A stretch of DNA of 64,000 nt from a virus (taxonomy: Duplodnaviria > Caudoviricetes). Under the pieces are notes generated by a model that saw only the letters and a list, made by a program, of their open reading frames with translations, was not told where the DNA came from and searched no databases. The stretch is taken from the IMG/VR virus record IMGVR_UViG_2687453785_000009. The stretch is one strand, 5' to 3'. Every line of letters starts with the position of its first letter. The first letter of the stretch is position 1. Both the position numbers and the translations under genes were made by a program. Positions 47,801-55,547 of this stretch are shown here, in pieces.

Positions 47801-50745
47801 CGGGTTATGCCCGAGTGATGCAGCTGTATGCCGCTATCCGTAACCCGTACCTGATGAGTGTTGCCGAATCTCAGGCCATTGATTCGCCTGGCGAAGCAGT
47901 TGCCTTTCGGGCCAAGCTGGAGCGCGAAGGCTATGACGGTATCAACCTGAAAGGTACCGACACCTGGATCGCCTTCAGCAATACGCAGATGAAATCGGCC
48001 ACTGATAACAACGGCGAGTTTGACGAGTGGAGCGGCGATATTCGTTTCCGCCGCAGTGCGCGCGACCTGTTCGACCGCGCAACCGGCCCGGCCCCGCTGG
48101 ATCGTAACGACCCGTTTGCCGCCGAGAACCGGCGCCTACGTGAGGATGATAAAACCCTGTGGGCTAAGGCCAAGAAGGTATTTGCTCGCCAGTTCGCACC
48201 AGGTGGCCTGCTGCCAGATGCCGTATTTGCAGAGAAAATCACCCGAGATAGTGAGTTCCAGGCTGTCGAGTTTGATGTGCGCCACCTGTCCGGAGGGCTG
48301 AACCAGGCCGTGAAAGCAGATTTCGGCGTCGACCTCGACAACCTCACCCCTGAGCAGATGAAACCGTTGGCCGAGGCATTGACCGGCAAGGTTGATCCTT
48401 CCATTCCGGAAGCAACCCGCGTGGCCATCGTCGCCATGCGCCAGTACATCGACAGCTTGTCTGGCGAGTACCTGAGCATTCTGCAAAAGCAGGTTGAGCT
48501 CAACATGGAAGGCGCTGACCAGGCGCTGATCGACAAGATCACCGGCAACCTTGGCGCCTACGTCAACCGGTCCTACCAGGCCTTCGATGATCCGAAGTGG
48601 TTCAAGACCGTGCCGACGGAGACAGTGAACGCCGCTCGCACCTACCTGGCGAAAGGCTACATGGAGCAGGGCGAGACACCAGCCGAAGCTGCTCGCCTGG
48701 CTGACGTGACCGTGAATGAAATGCTGAAGAACGGCACGGCCTACGACTCGATGGGAGGGTTCATTGCTGAGAGCAAGTTGGGCGCGAAAGATCTGACCGT
48801 TCTGATCAAACGTAAGGACATCGCCCCGGAGATCCGCGCGCTGCTGGGCGAGTACATGGACCCGCGGCTTAACTTCGCCAAGTCGGCAACCAAGATGGGA
48901 CGCATGGTGTGGAATCAGCGCTTCCTCGATCGCGTGCTTGAGTTCGGCATGGGTACGCTGTTCTTCAAGGGCAAGGACCGCCCGGCCGACGCGACCACGC
49001 AAATTGCCGGCGAGCAGTCAGAGAGCTACGCACCACTCAACGGCTTGTGGACCTTCCCCGAAGTGGCGCAGTCCTTCCAAGATGCGCTCGGCAAGGAGCA
49101 GATGAGCGACCTGTACCGCACCGTCGTGCGCCTCAATGGCATGGTGAAGTACGGCAAGACCATCCTGTCGCCAACTACCGCCATGCGGAACTGGCAGTCG
49201 GCCATGTTCTTCAGCCTGGCCAATGGTCACTTCGACATGAGCCAGATGAAAAAGAGCTGGTCCGCTTTCCGCGAGCAGGTAACGCAGAACGCCACCGGTG
49301 ACGACTTAGCCTACCTGCGCAAGCTCAAGCAGCTCGGCGTGGTGTATGACACGCCTTACGCCGGTGAAATGATGGCGCTGATGGATGATGCGCGCATGGA
49401 TGAACTGCTGAGCAGCAAGAGCGGTACCGGCCTGAAGTGGCTGCGCAAGGCCAACCAGTTTGCCCAGGGCTTCTACTCATTCGGTGATGACTTCTGGAAG
49501 ATCATCGGTTACGAGAACGAGAAGGCTGGCCTGATTGCCGCTGGCATTCCGGAAGCGCAAGCCGAAACCATGGCGGCCGAGCGTATCCGCAACACCTACC
49601 CGACCTACTCGATGATCGGCAAGGCCGTGCAATGGCTGCGCCGCTTCCCGCTGGCCGGCACATTCGTGTCCTTCCCGTCGGAGATTATTCGCACCACCGT
49701 CAACATGATGAAGCTCACCGCGGCTGACCTGAAAAGCGACAACCCAGGCATTCGTGCCATTGGCCGCAAGCGCGCCGCCGGCATGACCATGGTATCGGCT
49801 GGCTTCTACGCGCTGTCGGCGATGACTGCTGCGGCGCTGGGCGTTGGTGATGACGAAGAGGAAGCCCTTCGGGATCTGGCAGCGCCCTGGTCGAAGAACT
49901 CGACCTTTCTGTACGCCGGCCGGGATGCCGACGGCAAGCTGCGCTACTTCGACATGAGCTTTCTTGACCCATACGGCTACTGGAAGCGCCCATTGACCGC
50001 AATGATGCGCGATCAGCCGTGGGAGCAGGCAGCCGCCAGCGGGATTGGCGACATGCTGTCACCGTTCTTTGGTGCAGACATTACTGCCGGCGCAATCTTC
50101 GAAGTGCTGGCCAACAAGAAGCCTACTGGCGGGCAGGTGTACAACGAAAACGCTGGCAGCGTGGACCAGCTGCAGGATATTTCCAACCACATGCGCAAGG
50201 CGTTGCAACCAGGCTTTGTCAGCAATGGTGAGCGGCTATGGCTGGCGGGCAGCGATGCACGCCGCGAAGGTAGCGGGCAGCCTTACGATATGCGCGACGA
50301 GGTGGTCAGCTTGCTCGGCTGGCGCTCTGCCACGCTGGATACGCAGACCGGGCTTTACTACCGATCGTTTGATTTTACGGACGCCCTGGCAGATGCCAAG
50401 AAGACCCTGACGCGCACCCTGCGCAGCAGTAACGATGTTTCAGAGGGGGATATTCGGGAGTCGAAGCAGGCGGCGAATGCGCAGTATCAAAAGGCATTCA
50501 CCGAAATGGGCAGGCTGATCAGCTCTGCAGGGACGGCTGGCATGAGTCGCGGCGAAATCGTGCAGACGCTCAAGCTCAGCGGCGTGTCGCAGCGCAACAT
50601 CCTGGCGCTGATAAGTGGCCGGGTGCCGCCGATTGATATCGGCGTACACACGCAAGCCAAGGCAGTGAAGCAGGCCAGGGTTATGCGGGACGGTGAGCAC
50701 GCCGCAGAAATTGCACGGCGGTTCAGGTTGGCAAGGGAGCAGTGA
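41836..50745 (+). CDS. Giant polyvalent virion protein (LPD5/LPD1-like metallopeptidase, ART-PolyVal-like, LPD38-like regions)
   Basis: 2969 aa; FGFRGVNFG, LAHEWAHGLD, EMFARGFE, FHEYYAHYG, FKRWFGESKVVD...LYHGT, KSATDNNGEFD. Confidence 0.85.
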   Translation: MASLYDDLFTAPAIVESAKTSLLDDLGLEPAEGLGITGTLKEGAKSAGRAIGAAANAYTGDNQGIVDKAEAHQQAPKDYRLDKFYGDFADRTAALGDDPGVLETIGAGAGAVWDNPAGAGLAVVEQLPNAVPALAGGFAGMKAGAAGGAALGTVVAPGPGTAVGGAVGGVVGGLAGMFIGNAAIETGHKAMGMADDGAVTDAERSQAISEGAIKGGVITGVDALTLGAGGKLASALQRTTSSAMESATRKVLLDRGVDVADNAAVLAARGNPEIATAVRAAQESARQVTDKFGKRLAVGGTLLGMETVGEGVGEYLGELAATGEGNVPDAVLESLLSLGQSGAETAWNMARKSPSQGLWVQPQPSASNPAPAPIAAPNPEDGVLSRSVLAALPAPAPRLGLPAPESVLFADGQGTVSDQGPARNVDREYRPTGRERDPRTFGAGMDQQTERGAVPGREGDYIPVSRFASQEVLASNTIDGQLAPEPRGLPAPQRLLADGRADAGFIETNAAGESRQAKTGNVPPKNYVPQGGRGMDQQTPVGKKYTGMPAARKALRESANPAAMEVVKVGKKQFEVRAKPVDGGASESVTAPSAVQFEAGQRWQHQGRTYNVNKVQADGRASVSTPSGSQAFVIRPEQAAAEGWTQDAESNGSPLSANGTPVTAQPAQKKARKVDRERDSVAHAVIRLGGITTNYRQDTTGEAKGNTNIPGVGSLWSDKTGTSIDDMASLLDQHGYIPQSEMANDGGVSWLQAALGDQLAGRKEHFAPGSKRQEEQALKTEANRLEVQAAQEEAGGDFDSAETVVSDLLDDADLLEIRAAAATKHAAELDVIFGDSPNETVASTQSADRPTEGAQRTEAGESGSAGAGQRPQGSQPDVRAESPAEETPSLELTTQTEASAAADAAAQTASDKATAAAQKKADDAKKKADNLAAIKAANTKASETFELGQNADDNLSGQSGMFDSSLSLSESGGKPATEPAKAKAKIEDAGDQLKFNKKGMFRNGGLKWSDIKDDNEAMKVKLSAKEKIWARPDWEEIIAAQPEGMRDGFALVAHLVKQVYDGIPKQSPGKSDEALQTYIAAVGELRDAAEALLSDNAKVKPLVAALAAKAARRLGTGGSLSIIDMIKGDADSAQPLFSVLFPEQASGTRFTRGTPANDKANALDKAVKKMQWGADSAVEAMKAIKKGWPAKQEAWQKQGYAVFDNSANEVKASHYEGGSGVSTTLKLGSSTIEWLDKQTELGVARQAAAARLEQLNGKHLVMNKRKNILGAFDTNEEAEDFARKQTARKKVEVDSEANEADENWWSRAGDERRPGNANVTEGEFKEAFGFRGVNFGKWVNQQERQQHLNAAFDAFHDLAAVLDIPPKAISLNGMLGMAFGAQGGGSAAAHFVAGVNEINLTKTAGAGALAHEWAHGLDHYFGVKAGLGRDGAPWASTLGSRRKLPDGVEIRPEVAQAFKSVIAQMRAIEETPEQAAQAALTRLDRAKMDIAMTTQPMREQLAGNAEALAALDKVVAGDIGEYVTLPPAKGKRKPVGAVAANIKIVFDALGYSNEKMAKDGSSLMGVYFAKSEVGGVARSRIKHTDFYKKSQARDGKSGNYWATQWEMFARGFESWVMDKLAGQDKHNNYLVRPGKNDRGVTDENFPYPAGEERKAFNQAIDVLTAELKASAPDESGNVALFSRGATGATLTTLGRGDVEQITARLVTEAAVARRFVFSSWEELPQAIKDRAAAQGAKPGEIKAVHWQGKTYLIDRRFTDAGDVERTIFHEYYAHYGLRQQYGKDLHRKLLRTWEKVGGTKGVRAMAAEQGFNIDHYIEGAKQDKELTEAQRRVLVMDELLAHMAESTGSLKRLIEEWYGAVREWLRGNGWAELAKLNAADLAFMLRGARQASLRADGESVSGQPLFQWVESANQISTVAFKRWFGESKVVDKQGAPKVLYHGTGEDFTSFDQGRSGSSTRHSTAPLGIFMTGDRDTAQAYADKASDGMPGYARVMQLYAAIRNPYLMSVAESQAIDSPGEAVAFRAKLEREGYDGINLKGTDTWIAFSNTQMKSATDNNGEFDEWSGDIRFRRSARDLFDRATGPAPLDRNDPFAAENRRLREDDKTLWAKAKKVFARQFAPGGLLPDAVFAEKITRDSEFQAVEFDVRHLSGGLNQAVKADFGVDLDNLTPEQMKPLAEALTGKVDPSIPEATRVAIVAMRQYIDSLSGEYLSILQKQVELNMEGADQALIDKITGNLGAYVNRSYQAFDDPKWFKTVPTETVNAARTYLAKGYMEQGETPAEAARLADVTVNEMLKNGTAYDSMGGFIAESKLGAKDLTVLIKRKDIAPEIRALLGEYMDPRLNFAKSATKMGRMVWNQRFLDRVLEFGMGTLFFKGKDRPADATTQIAGEQSESYAPLNGLWTFPEVAQSFQDALGKEQMSDLYRTVVRLNGMVKYGKTILSPTTAMRNWQSAMFFSLANGHFDMSQMKKSWSAFREQVTQNATGDDLAYLRKLKQLGVVYDTPYAGEMMALMDDARMDELLSSKSGTGLKWLRKANQFAQGFYSFGDDFWKIIGYENEKAGLIAAGIPEAQAETMAAERIRNTYPTYSMIGKAVQWLRRFPLAGTFVSFPSEIIRTTVNMMKLTAADLKSDNPGIRAIGRKRAAGMTMVSAGFYALSAMTAAALGVGDDEEEALRDLAAPWSKNSTFLYAGRDADGKLRYFDMSFLDPYGYWKRPLTAMMRDQPWEQAAASGIGDMLSPFFGADITAGAIFEVLANKKPTGGQVYNENAGSVDQLQDISNHMRKALQPGFVSNGERLWLAGSDARREGSGQPYDMRDEVVSLLGWRSATLDTQTGLYYRSFDFTDALADAKKTLTRTLRSSNDVSEGDIRESKQAANAQYQKAFTEMGRLISSAGTAGMSRGEIVQTLKLSGVSQRNILALISGRVPPIDIGVHTQAKAVKQARVMRDGEHAAEIARRFRLAREQ

Positions 50746-50747
50746 CG

Positions 50748-50775
50748 AAAAGGGCGCCATTGCGGCGCCCTTTTT
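50748..50775. terminator. Bidirectional terminator
   Basis: AAAAGGGCGCC-ATTGC-GGCGCCCTTTTT between convergent genes. Confidence 0.85.
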
Positions 50776-50778
50776 GTT

Positions 50779-51018
50779 TCAGTTGCAGCTATCGCCACCC
50801 CTTGAGGGGTTACAGTCGCCGGGCACCCCGTCATCGAAATCAGGGCCGCGCTCAACGACTGCCATGGTTAGCAGCAGGGAAAGCACGCCGGCCACGAACA
50901 TGATGATCTGGTTTCGGTTGGCAGTGCGCGGCATCAGCCACGCCATCAGCCCGCCGACGACCATCAGCAGCCAGACGAAATTGGCGGCCAAGAAAATCAA
51001 GAAGGAGAACGCTTTCAT
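50779..51018 (-). CDS. Small 2-TM membrane protein
   Basis: 79 aa, two hydrophobic helices, Cys-containing tail. Confidence 0.65.
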   Translation of the reverse strand: MKAFSFLIFLAANFVWLLMVVGGLMAWLMPRTANRNQIIMFVAGVLSLLLTMAVVERGPDFDDGVPGDCNPSRGGDSCN

Positions 51019-51179
51019 GGCTCCAGCTCGATCAGCGGCAGAGGCTGCATCAGGGCATATTGTTCTTCGGCCCAATGTTTCGCCTGGCGTACTGCTCGCA
51101 GGCGCAGCGCGTCATCATCCAGGCTCAGCGCGTTGTTCACCTTGGCCATAAATTCAAGTAGCAGGTCTTCTGTGGTCAT
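51015..51179 (-). CDS. Small hypothetical protein
   Basis: MTTEDLLLEF... 54 aa with AAGGA RBS. Confidence 0.6.
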   Translation of the reverse strand: MTTEDLLLEFMAKVNNALSLDDDALRLRAVRQAKHWAEEQYALMQPLPLIELEP

Positions 51180-51255
51180 GGGGAAATCCTTTCTCATGGG
51201 CAGATGGTTGATTCTTGATTGACCAGGATGGTGACAACAAGCACCAATTTGCCAT

Positions 51256-51285
51256 AGTGACTTTTCAAGTGACTTAGTGAGTGAC
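51256..51285. repeat. Putative integrase arm-type sites, 3x AGTGAC at 12-bp spacing
   Basis: Direct repeats at 51256, 51268 and 51280, about 80-110 bp inside att. Confidence 0.55.
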
Positions 51286-51366
51286 CGTCCGTTACAGTCA
51301 GGCATCAGGTTGCAGCGAGTGCCCGTAGTTGTTGAGGTTTGGCGCGGCCTGTAGCCGGGCCGGCGT

Positions 51367-51413
51367 GCATGGGGTGCTAGGGGTCGAGTGTTCGAATCAC
51401 TCCGTCCCGACCA
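51367..51413 (+). repeat. att site: duplicated 3' half of tRNA-Pro(GGG), not a full tRNA
   Basis: GCATGGGGTGCTAGGGGTCGAGTGTTCGAATCACTCCGTCCCGACCA has anticodon loop, T-arm and CCA but no 5' acceptor strand or D-arm. Confidence 0.9.
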
Positions 51414-51430
51414 TATAATTCAAGCATTAG

Positions 51431-51459
51431 AGCCTGGTCAGTGATGACCAGGCTTTTTT
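51431..51459 (+). terminator. Rho-independent terminator
   Basis: AGCCTGGTCA-GTGA-TGACCAGGCT-TTTTT. Confidence 0.85.
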
Positions 51460-51486
51460 GTGTCAGGGACTTTTGCGGGACTTTTT

Positions 51487-51531
51487 TCATCCTGCCTTCC
51501 TCCTCAGTATTGTCAGCGCCGGCCCACGTGA
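51487..51531 (-). pseudogene. 3' tip of a tyrosine integrase gene (SRGPALTILRRKAG*) cut off by the Mu-like element
   Basis: Reads toward the att site; peptide recalled from C-termini of tRNA-Pro-targeting pseudomonad integrases; GGGACTTTT repeats adjacent. Confidence 0.6.
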
Positions 51532-51624
51532 TGTAAGCAGGCGCCGGATTTGGCACTACCTTGCGCGATGTTTGGCATAGTTGAGCCGGAGGTTTTCAGC
51601 GCGGTTTAGCGGGGTATTTGGCAC
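51532..51624. repeat. Mu-type end: TGT terminus plus 3x GCG-N5-TTTGGCAY (51541, 51563, 51609)
   Basis: Three same-orientation sites, first two 22 bp apart, reminiscent of the three MuA sites per Mu end. Confidence 0.75.
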
Positions 51625-51776
51625 CAGCTTAAATTAGGTGCGGATGGTGGGGCCTCCCAGTCCGGCCGAAGCCGGGAACCCCACATAGCCATCCGCAGCA
51701 AGCTGCGTCGTACGGCCGGGAGAATGTCACCGTGTCACATCCGCTTACCGACTATAACAAACCATCTGTTTGGGTA

Positions 51777-51865
51777 AAGGTACTGAGAGCAGCGGCCGAA
51801 ATGCTCGATCTTGCCAGGCTCTCTAGGTGCTCATAAGCAAGTGCGGCCGCTGCTCTCAATACCTT
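51777..51865. repeat. 22-bp inverted repeat (1 mismatch) with 45-nt loop
   Basis: AAGGTACTGAGAGCAGCGGCCG ... CGGCCGCTGCTCTCAATACCTT. Confidence 0.85.
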
Positions 51866-51879
51866 CACGTTCTATAGCA

Positions 51880-52602
51880 TCAACAATCTTGGGTGTTTAG
51901 CGCTGCAAGGTAGTCTTCGGGCAGTACGCCCATTGCCTGGCAAACGGCCAATGCGGTCTCATCAAGTTGTTCAACCGCTGGCACGCTGTGTCGCGGGAGC
52001 TGGCTTTTCAGCCAAGCAATGTCTTCCCTGATCTCCGTAACCAACTGATTCGCAGAGCGCTGGATTCCTGGCTGGGGGGTTAGGTTGAAACGCGCTGCGG
52101 CCAGGGCCGATAAGGCGCTCATGCCGTCGAGCACCGGGAAGTTAGTGAGCCCCACATGGTGCAGCTCAAGCACCTCTCCGGTTTGCTTGTCGTAGCTGAA
52201 AACAGGGCTAAGGTAGCGGTACTCCTTACCTGCAATCATAGCTGCCGCGTTTTTTGTCCACTCTACGCCAGTGGCGAATAACCCCCAGCCTTCGCGCCAC
52301 TCCAAGGCACCACCCTTGAACCAAGCAGCAGCCGGCGCAGCATGGCCGTTTTCAGCGCTATTGAGGGTCTGGTGCTCGTAGTCAATAACGAGGTCTGTAG
52401 CACGGGAAGCCGCTTTCGCGATTAACCGGCCAGCCACGCGATTGTCGATAAACCAATGACCGTTCTGAACATCCTTGGGCCGCCCGTCACGCGCTTTGAA
52501 AGCCCCGGCCGGGAGCAGTTGAACGGCGGCATCACTCGCTTTGATTTCAAAGGTGCAAGCGGCGATGGCTGTGCTGCTGTCTGTATTGGTCATAACACCC
52601 AC
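51880..52602 (-). CDS. Mu-like prohead protease (gpI/gp32) with shortened scaffold region
   Basis: QLLPAG.F...DGRP, VIDYEHQT, APAAAW, VEWT, EYRYLSPVF, LTNFP.LDGM. Confidence 0.93.
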   Translation of the reverse strand: MGVMTNTDSSTAIAACTFEIKASDAAVQLLPAGAFKARDGRPKDVQNGHWFIDNRVAGRLIAKAASRATDLVIDYEHQTLNSAENGHAAPAAAWFKGGALEWREGWGLFATGVEWTKNAAAMIAGKEYRYLSPVFSYDKQTGEVLELHHVGLTNFPVLDGMSALSALAAARFNLTPQPGIQRSANQLVTEIREDIAWLKSQLPRHSVPAVEQLDETALAVCQAMGVLPEDYLAALNTQDC

Positions 52603-52610
52603 CCTCAGTA

Positions 52611-53525
52611 CTACGCGCCCGCGCCAGTGGAGCCGTACGCTAGTTGCCAGAAGCCGTAGCCAGAAGCCACGCGGGCTTCAGCACCGAACTTGTACGCCTT
52701 CAGACTGAATACAGACTCCGACTGCGGGCTGACTTGAGCAACAAACTCCGGCGCTTTGCGCTCCTGGTAAATGAACGGACGAATCGGCTTTGAGGTATCC
52801 AGCAGGAACCATGCTGTTTGCGATTCAATGCGGGCATCTATCACCAGTTCGGCTGCCCCTTTGTAGGGGTTCTGGCTGCCGTCTGCGAGTTTCTCGCTAG
52901 TCAGCAGCATCCTTGCAACATCCTCCAGCGCTGTGCCGACAAGGAGCACTGTAGGGGTGACGTTCAGGGAGCGGCCATCTTCATCTTTGACGGCGCGCAT
53001 TGAAGCTCTTGCTGCCCCAAAACCGGCCTGCGCGGCGGCAAGGCTCGTGTTGGAAAGTGGGCTAGTCCCCTTGTTGCTGACTGGCTGGCCTGCAACCTCA
53101 TGTTCGGTGTCGAAGAAGTACTTGCCGTCATAGCACTCTTTGCTGAAGCTTTGATTAACAGCTTCGAAGACCATTTCGTCAGGCAGTTGGGCGGCGGAAT
53201 ATCCTGCCATCTGAGCCTGCGGCATATACATACCGTGCTGGTCGTCTTCAATGTGCTTGCGCTCTACCTCAATGGTGGCTTCGAAATCATTGTTCGGTAT
53301 TTCGTAGTCACTGGCAGTGAGGTTCTGTACATGCTTGGCTCCGATCCATGGGCGCATTTTCGGGAACGCGCTGAGCCAGCCATAGAAGTTGCTGCCCGAA
53401 TTGGACGGTATCTTCATTGCGATCTTGTCCCAGGTCGTCGGCGCGGTCTGGAAGGCATTGTTGAACGCTGTATGCAGTTCGGTGAAAACGCTTTGGAGCG
53501 ACTCTTTGTTGATCAGCATGGTCAT
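52611..53525 (-). CDS. Mu-like major head subunit gpT
   Basis: YGWL..FP.MR.WIG, FEATI.V.R..IEDD, CYDG..FFD..H, WFLLDTSKP..P.IYQER, FWQLAYGS. Confidence 0.95.
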   Translation of the reverse strand: MTMLINKESLQSVFTELHTAFNNAFQTAPTTWDKIAMKIPSNSGSNFYGWLSAFPKMRPWIGAKHVQNLTASDYEIPNNDFEATIEVERKHIEDDQHGMYMPQAQMAGYSAAQLPDEMVFEAVNQSFSKECYDGKYFFDTEHEVAGQPVSNKGTSPLSNTSLAAAQAGFGAARASMRAVKDEDGRSLNVTPTVLLVGTALEDVARMLLTSEKLADGSQNPYKGAAELVIDARIESQTAWFLLDTSKPIRPFIYQERKAPEFVAQVSPQSESVFSLKAYKFGAEARVASGYGFWQLAYGSTGAGA

Positions 53526-53591
53526 GTTTCCTGTAATTGATTGGTGATGAATGTTGAGTTTTTAAGGTCGTAGCTGTGGTTGCTTTATCTG

Positions 53592-55451
53592 TCAGCGCCC
53601 TGCGCCCGTGCGACCTGTGTACACGTTCATATCTGGGCCGCCGTTGCTTTGGAGTTGAGTAACTTTGGCTTTCTGATCACCTTCGATCCGAATAGTGATT
53701 TCGCCTTTCATTGCGTCTGCGCGTTGATTGGCCGCAATAGCCGCGCGGGCTTCCTCGCTAAACGGTGAGATGGCATGTGCGATGGCCGATCCAATGGCGT
53801 CACCAAAGGCCGTGCCCTGAATTACGTAGTCATTGAGTAGAGTGCCGACGCCATAGCCGGCTGCACCGGCCCCTGCCACAGCAGCACCAGCGGTCGCCAT
53901 TGCGCCAGCGCCAGCGCCAAAGGATGGCAACGCAGACAGTGGGGCACCGCCCAACAGGGCCAGCGTGGTTTTGAATTTGCTGAAGGTCTTGGGGGTTAGC
54001 AGATCGCCAGCGGCATCGGCTACCTTGCCGACAGTGCCAACTGTCCCGCCAAGCTCTTTGGGCATGTTGACGACATAGACAGAGGGCACGCCCGCAGCCT
54101 CTTCAAGTGCTTTGCCCATGGCAACGCCGCCGGCTAACTCGGTTCCGCCTTTCAAGGCACCTAGCATCTTGCCGCCAGCCCCAATGCCTTTGAGCAAGTG
54201 ATAGCCGCCATAGAGCAAACCGCCTGTTGCAACGCCTGCTGCTATCCCGGTGCCTACCTTCCCAATCTTGTCGTTCTCCATCGCAGCTTCGCCCAGCGCA
54301 CCAGTCCATTCGTTGGTTTTGCTGATTAGCTTGGTCAACGGATCAAGTGCAGGTTCGAACAGGGTGGCAAAGGTAGATTTGGCAGTACCCCGCAAAGACT
54401 CAAGCTGTGCGTTGTAGCCGTTCAGGCGTTCGGTGAGCTTCTCTTGAAGGCCAACAGCCTTGCCCATCTGCTTGGTCATGTCCTCATAGGAACCCGCGCC
54501 CTGGCGAAGCAAAATCTGTGCGGCGCGACCGCCCTCATCACCGAACATCTTCTGTAAGAAATCGGCACGTTTAGCCGTGCCCATGCCATCCAGGCGTTTG
54601 CGCAGCGTGTCGAGAATATCGATGGTGGATTTCAGGTTGCCATTTGCGTCCTTGAACGTATCAACCTGAACAGCCTGACGGAAAAATGCACTGAGGCTAG
54701 TGCCGCCCATAGAGCCCTTCAAACCGCCTTGGTCGAGGGTAGCAAGTAGGGCGAACATCTCTTTGCTGTCGCGTCCGAGGCCCGCCATGGAACCCGCTGC
54801 ATATTTGGCTCCCTCGGCTATGGAGGCGAAACTGACCGTACTGGCAGAGCCCGCTGCACCAGCTTGGTTTGCCAGCATCATGAATTGGTCGCCGGCCAGG
54901 TTGAACGGTGTGGCAATGGAAATCAGACTTTCGCCTGCCATCACTGCGTCAATACCTTCATAGGCAGCTAGCGCAGCGGCTGCCGCAGCAGCCCCTTGCT
55001 TACCCACAATCTGCTCAAGCTTGGCACCGCCTTTGAGCAGTTCTTTCTGCAGGTTGACGATTTGAGCCTGATCGAAAGGGGTTGATTTCTGGATGTCGAA
55101 AGCCGTGGACTTCATCGCGTGCAGCGCTTTGTCCATTTGAAGAGCGCTATCGACAGAGCCCATCAACTCTGTTTTTACCCCAAGCATGGCTTCTTGTAGG
55201 TCGCCCGCGACTGCCACGCCAGGTTTGATCTTATTAGCGATATATAGCCCGCCAGCAGCCTTGGCGAAGGAACCGGCCATGTCAGCGAAATGGCCACGTA
55301 CTTCATCACTCACCTTGCCGAGCTTGCGCAGTTCCTGTTGACCTTTTCGGCTGAAGTCAGTTACGCCTTGCTCACCCTGTTTTAGGCCAACGCCCAGGGA
55401 GCGCATATCCGCAGTAACGCGCAGAGCCAGCTCAAGATTATTGTTTGCCAT
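53592..55451 (-). CDS. Tail tape measure protein
   Basis: TP901-type core (STPFD, AKYAAG, GLKGSMGGTSL, MFGDEG); VYVVNMP motif of Mu-type TMPs. Confidence 0.9.
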   Translation of the reverse strand: MANNNLELALRVTADMRSLGVGLKQGEQGVTDFSRKGQQELRKLGKVSDEVRGHFADMAGSFAKAAGGLYIANKIKPGVAVAGDLQEAMLGVKTELMGSVDSALQMDKALHAMKSTAFDIQKSTPFDQAQIVNLQKELLKGGAKLEQIVGKQGAAAAAAALAAYEGIDAVMAGESLISIATPFNLAGDQFMMLANQAGAAGSASTVSFASIAEGAKYAAGSMAGLGRDSKEMFALLATLDQGGLKGSMGGTSLSAFFRQAVQVDTFKDANGNLKSTIDILDTLRKRLDGMGTAKRADFLQKMFGDEGGRAAQILLRQGAGSYEDMTKQMGKAVGLQEKLTERLNGYNAQLESLRGTAKSTFATLFEPALDPLTKLISKTNEWTGALGEAAMENDKIGKVGTGIAAGVATGGLLYGGYHLLKGIGAGGKMLGALKGGTELAGGVAMGKALEEAAGVPSVYVVNMPKELGGTVGTVGKVADAAGDLLTPKTFSKFKTTLALLGGAPLSALPSFGAGAGAMATAGAAVAGAGAAGYGVGTLLNDYVIQGTAFGDAIGSAIAHAISPFSEEARAAIAANQRADAMKGEITIRIEGDQKAKVTQLQSNGGPDMNVYTGRTGAGR

Positions 55452-55547
55452 CGCTCATCAACCGTTTGGCGTAGTGTTCAAGTTCTGTCGGTGGAAGGCC
55501 GAGGATTTCCGCACGTGACCAACCCGTGCGAAGGGCCAGCAGCAGGA

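Larger units (their letters stand above)
1..51413. mobile_element. Temperate prophage (lambdoid early region, podovirus-like late region; F116-like layout); left end outside window
   Basis: Contiguous recombination, immunity, replication, lysis, packaging, capsid and virion genes ending at a tRNA 3'-half duplication. Confidence 0.93.

Noticed and set aside
51256-51285. Seventh copy of the late promoter motif
   Set aside because: Shares only AGTGAC; lacks the following AT and TTGC-N11 spacing; tandem arrangement near att fits integrase arm sites
51337-51413. Complete tRNA-Pro gene
   Set aside because: Sequence upstream of 51367 cannot form the acceptor stem or D-arm; only the 3' half is present, so it is an att duplication
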